Of a DNA stretch of 64,000 bases, positions 35,883-44,310 are shown piece by piece. This DNA is from Haloferacaceae archaeon (lineage in GTDB: Archaea; Halobacteriota; Halobacteria; Halobacteriales; Haloferacaceae). The notes under the pieces were generated by a model. That model saw nothing but the letters and a program-made list of their open reading frames with translations, was not told the origin of the DNA and ran no database searches. The stretch lies in assembly GCA_042217235.1 (NCBI GenBank), contig JBDGTB010000037.1:12544-76543 (forward strand), given 5' to 3'. Every line of letters starts with the position of its first letter. Within the stretch, counting starts at the first letter, position 1. Made by a program: the position numbers and the translations under genes.

Positions 35883-36587
35883 GTGATCGGGCGCCTCCGG
35901 GACGGTGTCGAGTTCGCCCGCCGCGCCAGACGGCCGCTCCCCGACGCGTTCTGGGGCGGCGTCTACGTCGCCCTCTCCTTTACCGTGCTCGCCGGGTTCG
36001 TCGTCCTCGGCCACCAGCTCGCGGTGCTCGCGGCGGCGGCGCGGGGCGACATCGGCGCCCCGTCGTTCGAGCGCACCACCGATCGCGTCCGTTCCGGGGC
36101 GAACGCCGCCCTCGTCACGCTGGCGTACGGCGTCCCCCCGCTCGCCGCACTCGGGGTCGTCGCGACCCGGGTCGTCAGCTTCCCGAGCGGGCTCGTTCCG
36201 ACCGTCTCCGTGACGCCCGTCGACGCCGCGGTCGCGGTCGTCGCCGCCCCGCTCCCGGTGTTGCTGGTTCCCCCGGCGCTGCTCGCCTACCACGAGTCCG
36301 GGCGGCTCGGCGCCGCCTTCGCCCCGAGCGCCTTCCGCCCGCTCGCGTCCGGCCGCTACCTGGGGGTCGCCCTCGGCGTCGCCGTCGTCGCCGTCGCCGT
36401 GGTGCCGCTGCTCGCCCTCGGCACGGCCTTCACCTACGGCAGCCTGATCGTCCTGGTTCCGTTCATCCTGTTCTCCCTGTTCACCGTGCTGAACTACGCG
36501 CTCGGGACCGCCTACGGCGAGGCCGTCGGCGACCTCGACCCCGCGGAGCGCGGCAGCTTCGGATTCGAGGACGAGCCGGAGTTCTGA
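35883..36587 (+). CDS. DUF4013-like polytopic membrane protein
   Basis: Hydrophobic helices and an acidic C-terminal tail. Start reassigned to the in-frame GTG at 35883 because TATTTA is centred 27.5 nt upstream. The track ORF begins at 35790. Confidence 0.6.
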   Translation: MIGRLRDGVEFARRARRPLPDAFWGGVYVALSFTVLAGFVVLGHQLAVLAAAARGDIGAPSFERTTDRVRSGANAALVTLAYGVPPLAALGVVATRVVSFPSGLVPTVSVTPVDAAVAVVAAPLPVLLVPPALLAYHESGRLGAAFAPSAFRPLASGRYLGVALGVAVVAVAVVPLLALGTAFTYGSLIVLVPFILFSLFTVLNYALGTAYGEAVGDLDPAERGSFGFEDEPEF

Positions 36588-36635
36588 CCGACCGGGACGC
36601 GAAGCTTTATGCGAGCAACGGCGGCAGGGGCGGGC

Positions 36636-37739
36636 ATGAAGGCCGTCGTCTGTCACGACTTCAACGAGTCGAGCGTCGAGGAGGTCGAGCGTCCGGAGCC
36701 CGAGGACGACGAACTCCTGTTGAAGACGCGGCGGGTCCAGCTGAGCGTCACGGAGTGTAACCTCTACCGGGGGAACCGGATCGCCCACTACGACCAGGTC
36801 GCCCCCCGGCTGGATGACGGCGGGGCGCTCCTGTTCGGCCACGAGTTCTGCGCCGACGTGGTCGAGGCCGGCCCCGACGTGGATGCGTTCTCGGTCGGCG
36901 ACCGCGTGTACGCCCCGGGCAAGATCCCCTGCGAGGAGTGTGCGTTCTGTCGCGCCGGCCAGTGGCTGGAGTGCGAGAACAAGACGTACCTGGGCTACGA
37001 GCGCCCGGGCGCGACCGCCGAGTACTTCACCTCGCCGGAGGCGCCGCTGGCGACGCTCCCCGAGGGCGTCAGCGACGCCGAGGGGGCGGCGATGCAGCCG
37101 CTCGCGAGCTCGGTGATCGCCGCCCACGACGCCGGCATCTCGACGGGCGACGTCGTCGCGGTCGTCGGGTCGGGCGTGATGGGGAACCAGGTCGCCCAGC
37201 TCGCCCACGAGCAGGGGGCCGACGAGGTGTACGCGATCGACGTCGACGAGACGAAACTCGACATCGCCGCCGACAACGGCCTGCGGCCGGTCGACGCCAC
37301 CGAAGTCGACCCGGTCGGGGCCGTCCGCGAGCGGACCGACGGGGTCGGCGCCGACGTGGTCGTCGAGGCGGTCGGCGGCGAGCAGTCGGACATGACCGGC
37401 GGGACGGACCCGCTCGCGCAGGCGTTCCGGATGGTGCGCACCGGGGGGACGATGCTCCAGGTCGGGCACGTCATCGGCGACGTGACGATCGAGCCGCGGG
37501 CGATGCGCTCGAAGGACATCGACTGGGTGTTCCCCCGGAAGGGCGCGACGCATCTCGGGCCGAACACCCACTCCGGGGAGTACACGGCCCGGCTGGTCGC
37601 GGACGACCGCGTCTCCATCGAGGCGTACACGACCCACGAGTTCGACGGGCTGGAGCGCTTCGAGGACATGATCGAGGTGACGCTGAACAAGCCCGAGCAC
37701 GGCGCGCTCGGGGCGGCACAGCTCGTCCTGACCGACTGA
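36636..37739 (+). CDS. zinc-binding medium-chain alcohol/polyol dehydrogenase
   Basis: GHEF, the structural Zn motif CEECAFCRAGQWLEC, and GSGVMG Rossmann motif. ctttat is centred about 28 nt upstream of the ATG. Confidence 0.88.
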   Translation: MKAVVCHDFNESSVEEVERPEPEDDELLLKTRRVQLSVTECNLYRGNRIAHYDQVAPRLDDGGALLFGHEFCADVVEAGPDVDAFSVGDRVYAPGKIPCEECAFCRAGQWLECENKTYLGYERPGATAEYFTSPEAPLATLPEGVSDAEGAAMQPLASSVIAAHDAGISTGDVVAVVGSGVMGNQVAQLAHEQGADEVYAIDVDETKLDIAADNGLRPVDATEVDPVGAVRERTDGVGADVVVEAVGGEQSDMTGGTDPLAQAFRMVRTGGTMLQVGHVIGDVTIEPRAMRSKDIDWVFPRKGATHLGPNTHSGEYTARLVADDRVSIEAYTTHEFDGLERFEDMIEVTLNKPEHGALGAAQLVLTD

Positions 37740-37790
37740 GCCGCCGGGCGAGCGGGCCACTTTTGTAATCGGCCGGGCGTAGCTCCCCCC

Positions 37791-38354
37791 GTGCCCGACG
37801 AACCCGACGCGTCGGACGGCGCCGACGACGCGGTCGACCCCGAGGCCGACAGCGGCGCCGACGGGTCGAGCACGTCGGCGTCGACGGCGCCGTGGATGAC
37901 CACGGACCTCGGCGGCGGCGAGAACACGACCCTCGCCGAGATCGCCGAGGAGGAGCCCGAGCCCGACCGGAGCGAGGTCGGCTACCTCCCGCACCTGCCC
38001 GACATCTTCGTCACGCTCGGCGCGGGCTGTCTGGCGACCTCCTCGATGATCACGCTGGTCGCGTTCGGCTACGTGATCTGGATGATGCAGACGGGCAACG
38101 TCGGCGACCTCTTCCCCTACCAGGTGACCCTCGCGGCGATCCAGATGGGCTTTGCCACGCTGTTGCTCGCCAGCGGGTCGTACTTCGCGGTGAAGCGGAC
38201 CCGCTGGACGTTCGTGATGCTCGCGGCGCTCGTCGGCTCGTTCGCGGTGCTCACCATCCCGTTCACCGCCGTCGCGGTCGTGACGATCGGCCTCGGCCGG
38301 ATCCACTTCCGGGCGCCGTTCATCGACTCTCGACCCACCTCGGACGAGGGCTGA
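37791..38354 (+). CDS. hypothetical membrane protein with acidic N-terminal tail
   Basis: The GTG start is supported by ttttgtaat centred about 26 nt upstream. About 4 hydrophobic helices. Confidence 0.6.
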   Translation: MPDEPDASDGADDAVDPEADSGADGSSTSASTAPWMTTDLGGGENTTLAEIAEEEPEPDRSEVGYLPHLPDIFVTLGAGCLATSSMITLVAFGYVIWMMQTGNVGDLFPYQVTLAAIQMGFATLLLASGSYFAVKRTRWTFVMLAALVGSFAVLTIPFTAVAVVTIGLGRIHFRAPFIDSRPTSDEG

Positions 38355-38762
38355 GTCGCCGCCGTGGACGAGGGACGGGCCGACGTTCCCGTGGTCGGCG
38401 CGCGGCGACGCGCCGCGGGCGGCCCGGTATCGGTCGGTGAGCCGAACGTAACGTGTCCGATAGGATCGGGAAAAGAAACTTCCGACGTCAGGTTGCGTCG
38501 CCCGCTTCGCGCACGTTCGTCCGTCGAACTGCCCCGATACGAGCATTTCAGCCGGTGTGAAGGAAAACGTCGCGGTCGGAGCCAGCGTCGGCGACTCTCG
38601 TGTAGGAATTCGTTGTATGATCTATATCAGATACTTTTGACCGACGTCGGAGGTCGTCGACCCGCCACTCCGACAGATCTGTGGCACAAGTTATCACACT
38701 ATCCGGACAATACCACTGGTTTCGAAAGAGTATGATTGTTGCGCCGTGGAAGGCCGGCCTGC

Positions 38763-39836
38763 ATGTCGAGTCAAGCGGAGATGCCACGGAGCGTGGAGGA
38801 CGCCTCGATCGTCGACACCGACATCCACCTCTCGGTGTCGCCCGACGAGGTCGCCGAGTACTGTGACCCCCCCTACGACGCCCACATGCGGAACAAGGGG
38901 TACGCCCCCCTGCCCGCCAGCGGCTGGGACCGGAACTTGCGCGGGAAGATCGAGGACTACTCGGTGAAGTCGCCGGAGGACATCCAGGGTCGCCTCTGCG
39001 AGGAGTTCCACATCGACTACCCGATCATCAACCCGACGTCGATGCTGCCGCGGCTCTCCCAGAGCGACCTGGCCGTCCACCTCATGTCGGCGTACAACGA
39101 CCTGATGGTCGACCAGTACCTCGACGAGTACGACCACTTCAAGGGGCTGCTCGCGCTGGCGACCCAGAAGCCCGACAAGGCCGCCGAGGAGATCGACCGC
39201 CTCGGCGACGAGGACGGCGTCGTGGGCGTGTACCTCGCGACGACGGGCGCCGAGCGCCCGCTCGGCGACCCGCGCTTCGACCCGATCTACCAGGCCTGCG
39301 AGGACAACGGACTCCACGTCGGCTACCACGGCAGCGGCGGCGCGTTCATGTTCGACTTCCCCAAGCAGAACCAGGGGTTCGAGAAGTTCATCAACGTCCA
39401 CACGATGGCTCACGCCTGGAGCCAGATGATGACCCTCGGGAGCGTCGTCATCCAGGGCGTCCCCGAGAAGTTCCCCGACGTGAACTTCACGTTCCTCGAA
39501 GCGGGCCTCTCGTGGGTCCCCTACATGATGTTCCGGCTCAACAAGGAGTACTCGATCCGCCGGAGCGAGGCGCCCCTGCTCGAGAAGAGCCCCGAGGAGT
39601 ACATCCGCGAGTTCTACTTCTCCAGCCAGCCGATCGGCGAGGCCAACGACCCGACGGACATGCAGCAGATGCTCGACGTGCTCGGTCCCGACTCGATGGT
39701 GTTCTCCTCGGACTACCCGCACTGGGACTTCGACCACCCGGAGGCGCTCGACAAGTACCTCCGGGAGACGTTCTCCGAGGAGGAGCGTCGGAAGGTGCTC
39801 TCCGAGAACGCGATCGAGGCCTTCGGACTGGAATGA
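38763..39836 (+). CDS. amidohydrolase-2 family protein (ACMSD/LigW-like decarboxylase/hydratase fold)
   Basis: IVDTDIHL N-terminal metal motif, GYHGSGG, and FSSDYPHWDFD C-terminal motif. tatgat is centred about 29 nt upstream. Confidence 0.85.
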   Translation: MSSQAEMPRSVEDASIVDTDIHLSVSPDEVAEYCDPPYDAHMRNKGYAPLPASGWDRNLRGKIEDYSVKSPEDIQGRLCEEFHIDYPIINPTSMLPRLSQSDLAVHLMSAYNDLMVDQYLDEYDHFKGLLALATQKPDKAAEEIDRLGDEDGVVGVYLATTGAERPLGDPRFDPIYQACEDNGLHVGYHGSGGAFMFDFPKQNQGFEKFINVHTMAHAWSQMMTLGSVVIQGVPEKFPDVNFTFLEAGLSWVPYMMFRLNKEYSIRRSEAPLLEKSPEEYIREFYFSSQPIGEANDPTDMQQMLDVLGPDSMVFSSDYPHWDFDHPEALDKYLRETFSEEERRKVLSENAIEAFGLE

Positions 39837-40198
39837 GCGACCACGTCGTCTGCGACGCCGACGAACTCGACGAGGGCGAACGCGTGCTCGTCCAGCTCGA
39901 GGGCCGCGAGATCGGCGTGTTCAACGTCGAGGGGGAGCTGCGGGCCTACACCAACTGGTGTGCCCACCAGTCCGGACCGATCTGCGAGGGGAACGTCACC
40001 GGCACCTGGGAGGGGTCGTTCGACCGCGACTCCCTCGAGACCAGCCTCGAGTACTGCCGCGACGGGGAGATCCTCAACTGCCCGTGGCACGGCTGGGAGT
40101 ACGACATCGAGAACGGCGACTGCCTCTCGCGACAGGGGGTCAAGCTCCCGAGCCACCCGGTCGAGGTCCGGGAGGGCGAGGTCGTCGTCTCGCTGTAG
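39833..40198 (+). CDS. Rieske (2Fe-2S) domain protein
   Basis: CAHQSGP...CPWHGWEY matches the Rieske CxH...CxxH ligands. Its ATG overlaps the upstream TGA (ATGA). Confidence 0.88.
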   Translation: MSDHVVCDADELDEGERVLVQLEGREIGVFNVEGELRAYTNWCAHQSGPICEGNVTGTWEGSFDRDSLETSLEYCRDGEILNCPWHGWEYDIENGDCLSRQGVKLPSHPVEVREGEVVVSL

Positions 40199-40528
40199 TC
40201 AGGCCGCCTCGGACTCCGTCTTTTCCTCGATCGCCGCGCGGACCCGCCGTTCGAACGGTTCCGACTCGACGGTGTAGACCGTGTTCCCCTGGTCGTCGCG
40301 GCGACGGCCGACCCGGAACGCCGGGTCGCCGTCGACGCGAACCGTCCAGTCCTCCCCGTGGCGGGCGTTCACCCCGACGAAGCGAACCTCGCAGTCGAAC
40401 TCCTCCTCCAGCGGCTCTATCACCTCGTAGGTGTACACGCCGTCGGCGAACCGCGGCGGACGGTACGGCGGCAGGTCCATCTCGTCCCGTATCTGCTCGT
40501 TCTCCAGCCACCAGTCCGGCTTCGTCAT
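40199..40528 (-). CDS. conserved-looking hypothetical protein, 109 aa
   Basis: MTKPDWWLENEQIRDEMDLPPYRPPRF... has acidic composition and GC3-rich codons. It is the C-terminal part of track ORF 40199..41371. Confidence 0.6.
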   Translation of the reverse strand: MTKPDWWLENEQIRDEMDLPPYRPPRFADGVYTYEVIEPLEEEFDCEVRFVGVNARHGEDWTVRVDGDPAFRVGRRRDDQGNTVYTVESEPFERRVRAAIEEKTESEAA

Positions 40529-40613
40529 GCGCCCCGCTCGGGGGTCGTCGGTCTTAGTTCCTGTCCCGGCGCCGGCGACGGTACGACGGGTGGACGACCG
40601 CCACGACGCGCGA

Positions 40614-40636
40614 ATCGTTCGATAACTTCGAACGAT
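40614..40636. promoter_or_regulatory. perfect 9-5-9 palindrome ATCGTTCGA-taact-TCGAACGAT (candidate IclR operator)
   Basis: Read directly from the sequence. It lies in the divergent spacer between 40528(-) and iclR paralog 1 (ATG 40691). Confidence 0.5.
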
Positions 40637-40690
40637 CGAGAGTGGTGTCGTGGCAACACGCTTAACACCGGACTCGCCCCAGGAAGGTGC

Positions 40691-41464
40691 ATGACCGACG
40701 GCGACGCGAGCGGGCGGCGGACCCGGACCACCGACACGGCGTTCGACGTGATCGAACGGCTGGGGGAGCTGGGGCCGACGTCGGTATCGCGGCTGGCGAC
40801 GGCGCTCGACCTCTCGAAAAGCACCGTCCACGGTCACCTGTCGACGCTCGAGGAGCGCGGCTACGTGGTTCGCGACGAGGAGGGGTACCGGCTCGGGCTC
40901 CGGTTTCTCGACCTCGGCACGCAGGTGCGGGACGGGCGCGAGATCGTCGACCACGTCGAGGAGCCCATGGAGCGGCTCGCCGAGGCGACCGGCGAGCGCA
41001 CCCAGTTCATGATCGAGGAGGGCGGACGGGGGATCTACGTCCACCGGGCCGAGAGCTCCAGAGCGGTGCCGACCGACGCCCGGATCGGTCGGTCGCGACC
41101 GCTCCACGCCTGCTCGACCGGCAAGGCGATCCTGGCGCACCTGCCCGACGCGCGCGTGGACGCGATCGTCGACCGCCGGGGGCTCCCGGCGCTGACCGAG
41201 CGGACGATCACCGACCGCGAGGAGCTCGCGGCCGAGCTCGCGACGGTCCGGGAGCGGGGCTACGCCACCAACCGCGGGGAGTCGATCGCGGAGCTGTGGG
41301 CGATCGGGACCCCGGTGTTCGACGAGAACGACGACCTCGCGGGCGCCCTGAGCGTCGGCGGGCCCGGTCACCGCATGCGGCGGGACGACCGCTTCGAGGG
41401 CGAACTGGTCAACCAGCTGCTCGGCACCGTCGAGGAGATCGAGCTCAACGTCTCCTACCGATAG
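40691..41464 (+). CDS. IclR-family transcriptional regulator (paralog 1)
   Basis: N-terminal winged HTH (LSKSTVHGHLSTLEERGYV) plus an IclR effector domain (GKAILAHLP, ERGYATN). cttaac is centred 27.5 nt upstream. Confidence 0.9.
   Translation: MTDGDASGRRTRTTDTAFDVIERLGELGPTSVSRLATALDLSKSTVHGHLSTLEERGYVVRDEEGYRLGLRFLDLGTQVRDGREIVDHVEEPMERLAEATGERTQFMIEEGGRGIYVHRAESSRAVPTDARIGRSRPLHACSTGKAILAHLPDARVDAIVDRRGLPALTERTITDREELAAELATVRERGYATNRGESIAELWAIGTPVFDENDDLAGALSVGGPGHRMRRDDRFEGELVNQLLGTVEEIELNVSYR
41129..41268 (+). repeat. 140-bp segment of iclR paralog 1, near-identical and inverted relative to 44501..44640
   Basis: Hand alignment of this segment with the reverse complement of 44501-44640 gives roughly 125 of 140 matches. 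Confidence 0.7.
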
Positions 41465-41483
41465 CGTTCGACGTCCTCGAACG
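41465..41483. promoter_or_regulatory. second copy of the CGTTCGA-N5-TCGAACG palindrome
   Basis: cgttcga-cgtcc-tcgaacg starts 1 nt after the iclR paralog 1 stop codon. Arms and spacing match the site at 40615-40635. Confidence 0.4.
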
Positions 41484-41515
41484 GAACGTGGTCGCGGCGT
41501 TGGGCGACACTCGCG

Positions 41516-41572
41516 TTACAGTATGTCTGTAAAGACCCTCGGCGCTTGGTTTTACAGACAGTGTGTAAAACC
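41516..41572. terminator. two hairpins in the convergent iclR / sph spacer (TTACAG-N5-CTGTAA and GGTTTTACA-N7-TGTAAAACC)
   Basis: Perfect 6-bp and 9-bp inverted repeats read directly from the sequence. Both stems contain T-rich runs on each strand, consistent with a bidirectional terminator. Confidence 0.45.
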
Positions 41573-41589
41573 AGCGGCGGCCGGAACGC

Positions 41590-41672
41590 CCGTCGAACGT
41601 CGGTCGGGCAGACCCGATACGGGTGGCACCCACCGTCGAACGTCGGTAGACCAGAACCGATACGGGGGCAAC
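41590..41672. repeat. imperfect 43-bp tandem repeat (2 copies) just 3' of the sph gene
   Basis: ccgtcgaacgtcggt-N9-ccgatacggg occurs at 41590 and again at 41633. Confidence 0.8.
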
Positions 41673-43580
41673 CTACGCCGCCGAGAGCCGGTCGGCCGGG
41701 ATGCGCTCGTACTCCTCGTCGAGCGCCCGCGCGTCCTCCGGGAGGAGCGCGACGACGAGGTACGGCGCGAACTCGGCGAAGTAGTCGACGAGCGCGGCGA
41801 TCCGTTCGGCGTCGATGGCCTCCAGGGAGTCGAGCAGCATGACCGGGGTGGTCTCGTGGACGTCGTGGACGAGATAGCCCGCCAGCGCGACGACGAGGCC
41901 GATCACCTCGCGTTCGGACTCCGAGAGGTGGGCCACGTCGTCGTCGTACCCCGTCCCCTCGTCGGTCTCCCGGACCACCCGGAGGCCGAACGCGCTCGCG
42001 CCGTCGTCGTCCTCGCGGCGCTCGATCCACACCCGGGCGAGGTTCTCGTAGCCGAGCAGGTCGAGGACGTCCGCCATCCGCTCGTTGAACTCCTCGACCA
42101 CCGAGCGCTCGATCCGCTCGACGCGGGAGCGACGCTCCGCGATCTCCTCGCGCACCTCGGCGATGCGGTCGGTCACGCGGTCGTGCTCCTCGGCGGCCTC
42201 CTCGCAGGCCGCGACGTCGTCCGCGAGCGAGGAGAGCTCACGCTCGACCCGTCCGCGCTCGTACTCCAGCTGGGTGAGGCGGCGCTGGGCCTCGACGAGG
42301 TCCGCGTCCGCCTCGGCCTCCTCGACGCGCCGTTCGGCGGCCGCGACGTCGTCGCGGAGGTCGGCGGCCCGCGACTCCAGCCGGTCGACGTTCCCCTCCC
42401 GGTGGTCGATCTCCCGCTCGATCTCGTCGAGCCGTGCCTCCAGGCTCTCGCGGCGGTCGGCGGCGGTGCGCAGCTCGTCGACGCGCGTTTCGAGCTCCGC
42501 GACCCGCTCCTCGAGCTCCTCGCGCCGCTCGCGCCGGTCCTCGACGACGCCGCGGAGCGTCTCCAGGCGCTCCTCGATGGCCGTTCGCTCGACCTCGCTC
42601 CCGCAGGTCCAGCACTCCACGGTCCGGGCGTCCGGGTCCAGGGCCGCCGTTCCGTCCGTCGCCCCGTCGTCGATGCCCGGGAGCGAGGCCCCGTCGCCGG
42701 ACAGCAGGTCGTCGTTGAACTCCACGACCCGGACGAGGTCGTCGACCTCCGCGTCGACCGCCCGGCGGCGCTCCCGGGCGCGCTCCAGGTCGGCCTCGAC
42801 GCGCTCGAGTTCGTCCTCGGGCACGTCGAGGTCGGCCAGGTCGTCGCAGACCTCGGCCCGCTCCTCGCGCAGACGCTCGAGCTCGTCGTTCTGGTGGCCG
42901 AGGCGGTCCTGCACGTCGTGGAGCGCCTCGCGTACCGTCTCGAGCTCGTCGACGAGGTCGTCGACCTCGGCGGCGCTCGCCTCGCGACACCGCTCGACGG
43001 TCTCGCGCCACGTCTCGACGTCCTCGACCAGCTCCGAGCGGCGCGTCTCGAGCTCCGCGCGGCGCTCCTCGAGGTCGGCGAGCCGCCGCCGCTCGCGGTC
43101 GAGCTCGTCGCGTCGCTCCGTGAGCGCCGCGCGCTCCTCCTCCAGCTCGTCGATCTCCCGGGCGATGCGCTCGGTGTCCACCGGCCGCATGACCACCTCG
43201 CGGAGGTCCGCCCCCCGCTCGACGGCGCGCCGAACCGGGTTCTCCCGCAACAGGCAGGCGAACTGGTCGACGACGGCCGCCTCGTCGGTGTACGGGTCGC
43301 CCCCGGTGGCGACGGTCCCGTTGTGCCGGCTGAACGTCCGCGTGTACGTCTCGCCGTCGATGGTCACCTCGACGCGACCGCTGTCGGCGTCGCTTTTGAG
43401 CGCGCCGGCCGTCCCGCCGAGGCTCGCCGCGAGCGCCTTCAGGAACGACGTCCGGTTCGTCGCGTTCCGCCCCGTGAGGACGACGACGCCCCGGTCGAGC
43501 GTCACCTCGGCGTGGTCGATCCCGCCGATCCGTTCGACCTCGACCCGCGCCGTCCCGTCCGCCGGTCGCGCGTCAGTCAT
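41673..43580 (-). CDS. sph3: archaea-specific SMC-related protein (Sph family; likely Sph3 orthologue given the adjacent rdfA-like gene)
   Basis: N-terminal head with GRNATNRTS loop, very long E/R-rich coiled coil with a central CWTCG, and a C-terminal head with LSESEREV and VMLLDSLE. Confidence 0.8.
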   Translation of the reverse strand: MTDARPADGTARVEVERIGGIDHAEVTLDRGVVVLTGRNATNRTSFLKALAASLGGTAGALKSDADSGRVEVTIDGETYTRTFSRHNGTVATGGDPYTDEAAVVDQFACLLRENPVRRAVERGADLREVVMRPVDTERIAREIDELEEERAALTERRDELDRERRRLADLEERRAELETRRSELVEDVETWRETVERCREASAAEVDDLVDELETVREALHDVQDRLGHQNDELERLREERAEVCDDLADLDVPEDELERVEADLERARERRRAVDAEVDDLVRVVEFNDDLLSGDGASLPGIDDGATDGTAALDPDARTVECWTCGSEVERTAIEERLETLRGVVEDRRERREELEERVAELETRVDELRTAADRRESLEARLDEIEREIDHREGNVDRLESRAADLRDDVAAAERRVEEAEADADLVEAQRRLTQLEYERGRVERELSSLADDVAACEEAAEEHDRVTDRIAEVREEIAERRSRVERIERSVVEEFNERMADVLDLLGYENLARVWIERREDDDGASAFGLRVVRETDEGTGYDDDVAHLSESEREVIGLVVALAGYLVHDVHETTPVMLLDSLEAIDAERIAALVDYFAEFAPYLVVALLPEDARALDEEYERIPADRLSAA

Positions 43581-43704
43581 GGCTCCCCCAGCACGTGTCC
43601 GGCCGTACTGCTCCCCCGGTCATAATAGTGTCCCCCGGCCCGCGCGGCAGTCGCGGCGCGTGGCCCCCGATCCGTACGGGCACGCGACGCGTGGCCCGAC
43701 CCGG

Positions 43705-44307
43705 TCAGTCCCCCTGGCGGGCACACGCACACCCGCCGCGGTCGAGCAGGTCGCCGACCCGGTGGGTCCGGCCGCACCGCTCGCAGGTGACGGTGAGCGA
43801 GGCCGACACGCGGAACTCGCCGCCGTCGAGGGCGTCGACGCGACGCAGGCGGTCGAGCGTCCCCCCGACCACCCGCTCGGTCCGCTCGCGCGTCCGCTCC
43901 ATCACCTCGCGCCCCGCCTCGACCGTCTCGACCCCGTCGCGGCTCGTGTCCACCCCGAGACAGTCGCGCAGGTGGGTGGCGACGGTCTGGTGGGAGACGA
44001 AGTCCGACTCCACCGCGTCCAGGTCGACGCCGGCGTAGCGCAGCCGGTCCCGGACGTCGGCGCGCCGCTCCGGCGGGACGTCCCCCACGAGCGCCTCGCG
44101 GAGCGCCAGGCCGTCGCCGGCGAGGTCCGCGCCGGCCGCCTCGACCGCCGCCTCCAGCACCCGGGCGTCGACGACCGCCGCGAGGTCCCGCAGGCTCGCA
44201 CCCTCGGCGTGGCGTGCCCGGAGCAGGTCGTCGAGGTCCGAGAGCCCGTAGGCCGCGGCGACGCGGTCGACCTTGCAGCCGTCGTCGGCGCTCGCGTTCC
44301 CGGTCAT
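43705..44307 (-). CDS. rdfA: rod-determining factor RdfA-like protein
   Basis: 200 aa, with GCKVDRV near the N-terminus, ESDFVSHQTVATHLRDCLGV, and a C-terminal CERCG...GGCAC zinc-ribbon-like end. It sits directly upstream of the SMC-like gene. The name rests on my recollection of the Haloferax rdfA-sph3 pair. Confidence 0.6.
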   Translation of the reverse strand: MTGNASADDGCKVDRVAAAYGLSDLDDLLRARHAEGASLRDLAAVVDARVLEAAVEAAGADLAGDGLALREALVGDVPPERRADVRDRLRYAGVDLDAVESDFVSHQTVATHLRDCLGVDTSRDGVETVEAGREVMERTRERTERVVGGTLDRLRRVDALDGGEFRVSASLTVTCERCGRTHRVGDLLDRGGCACARQGD

Positions 44308-44310
44308 CCG

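Noticed and set aside
38548-38787. 79-aa minus-strand ORF and 123-aa plus-strand ORF (38364..38735) in the spacer before the amidohydrolase gene
   Set aside because: - Codon usage is non-native and the composition is basic and Cys-rich.
- The minus-strand ORF overlaps the amidohydrolase start.
- No recognisable motifs are present.
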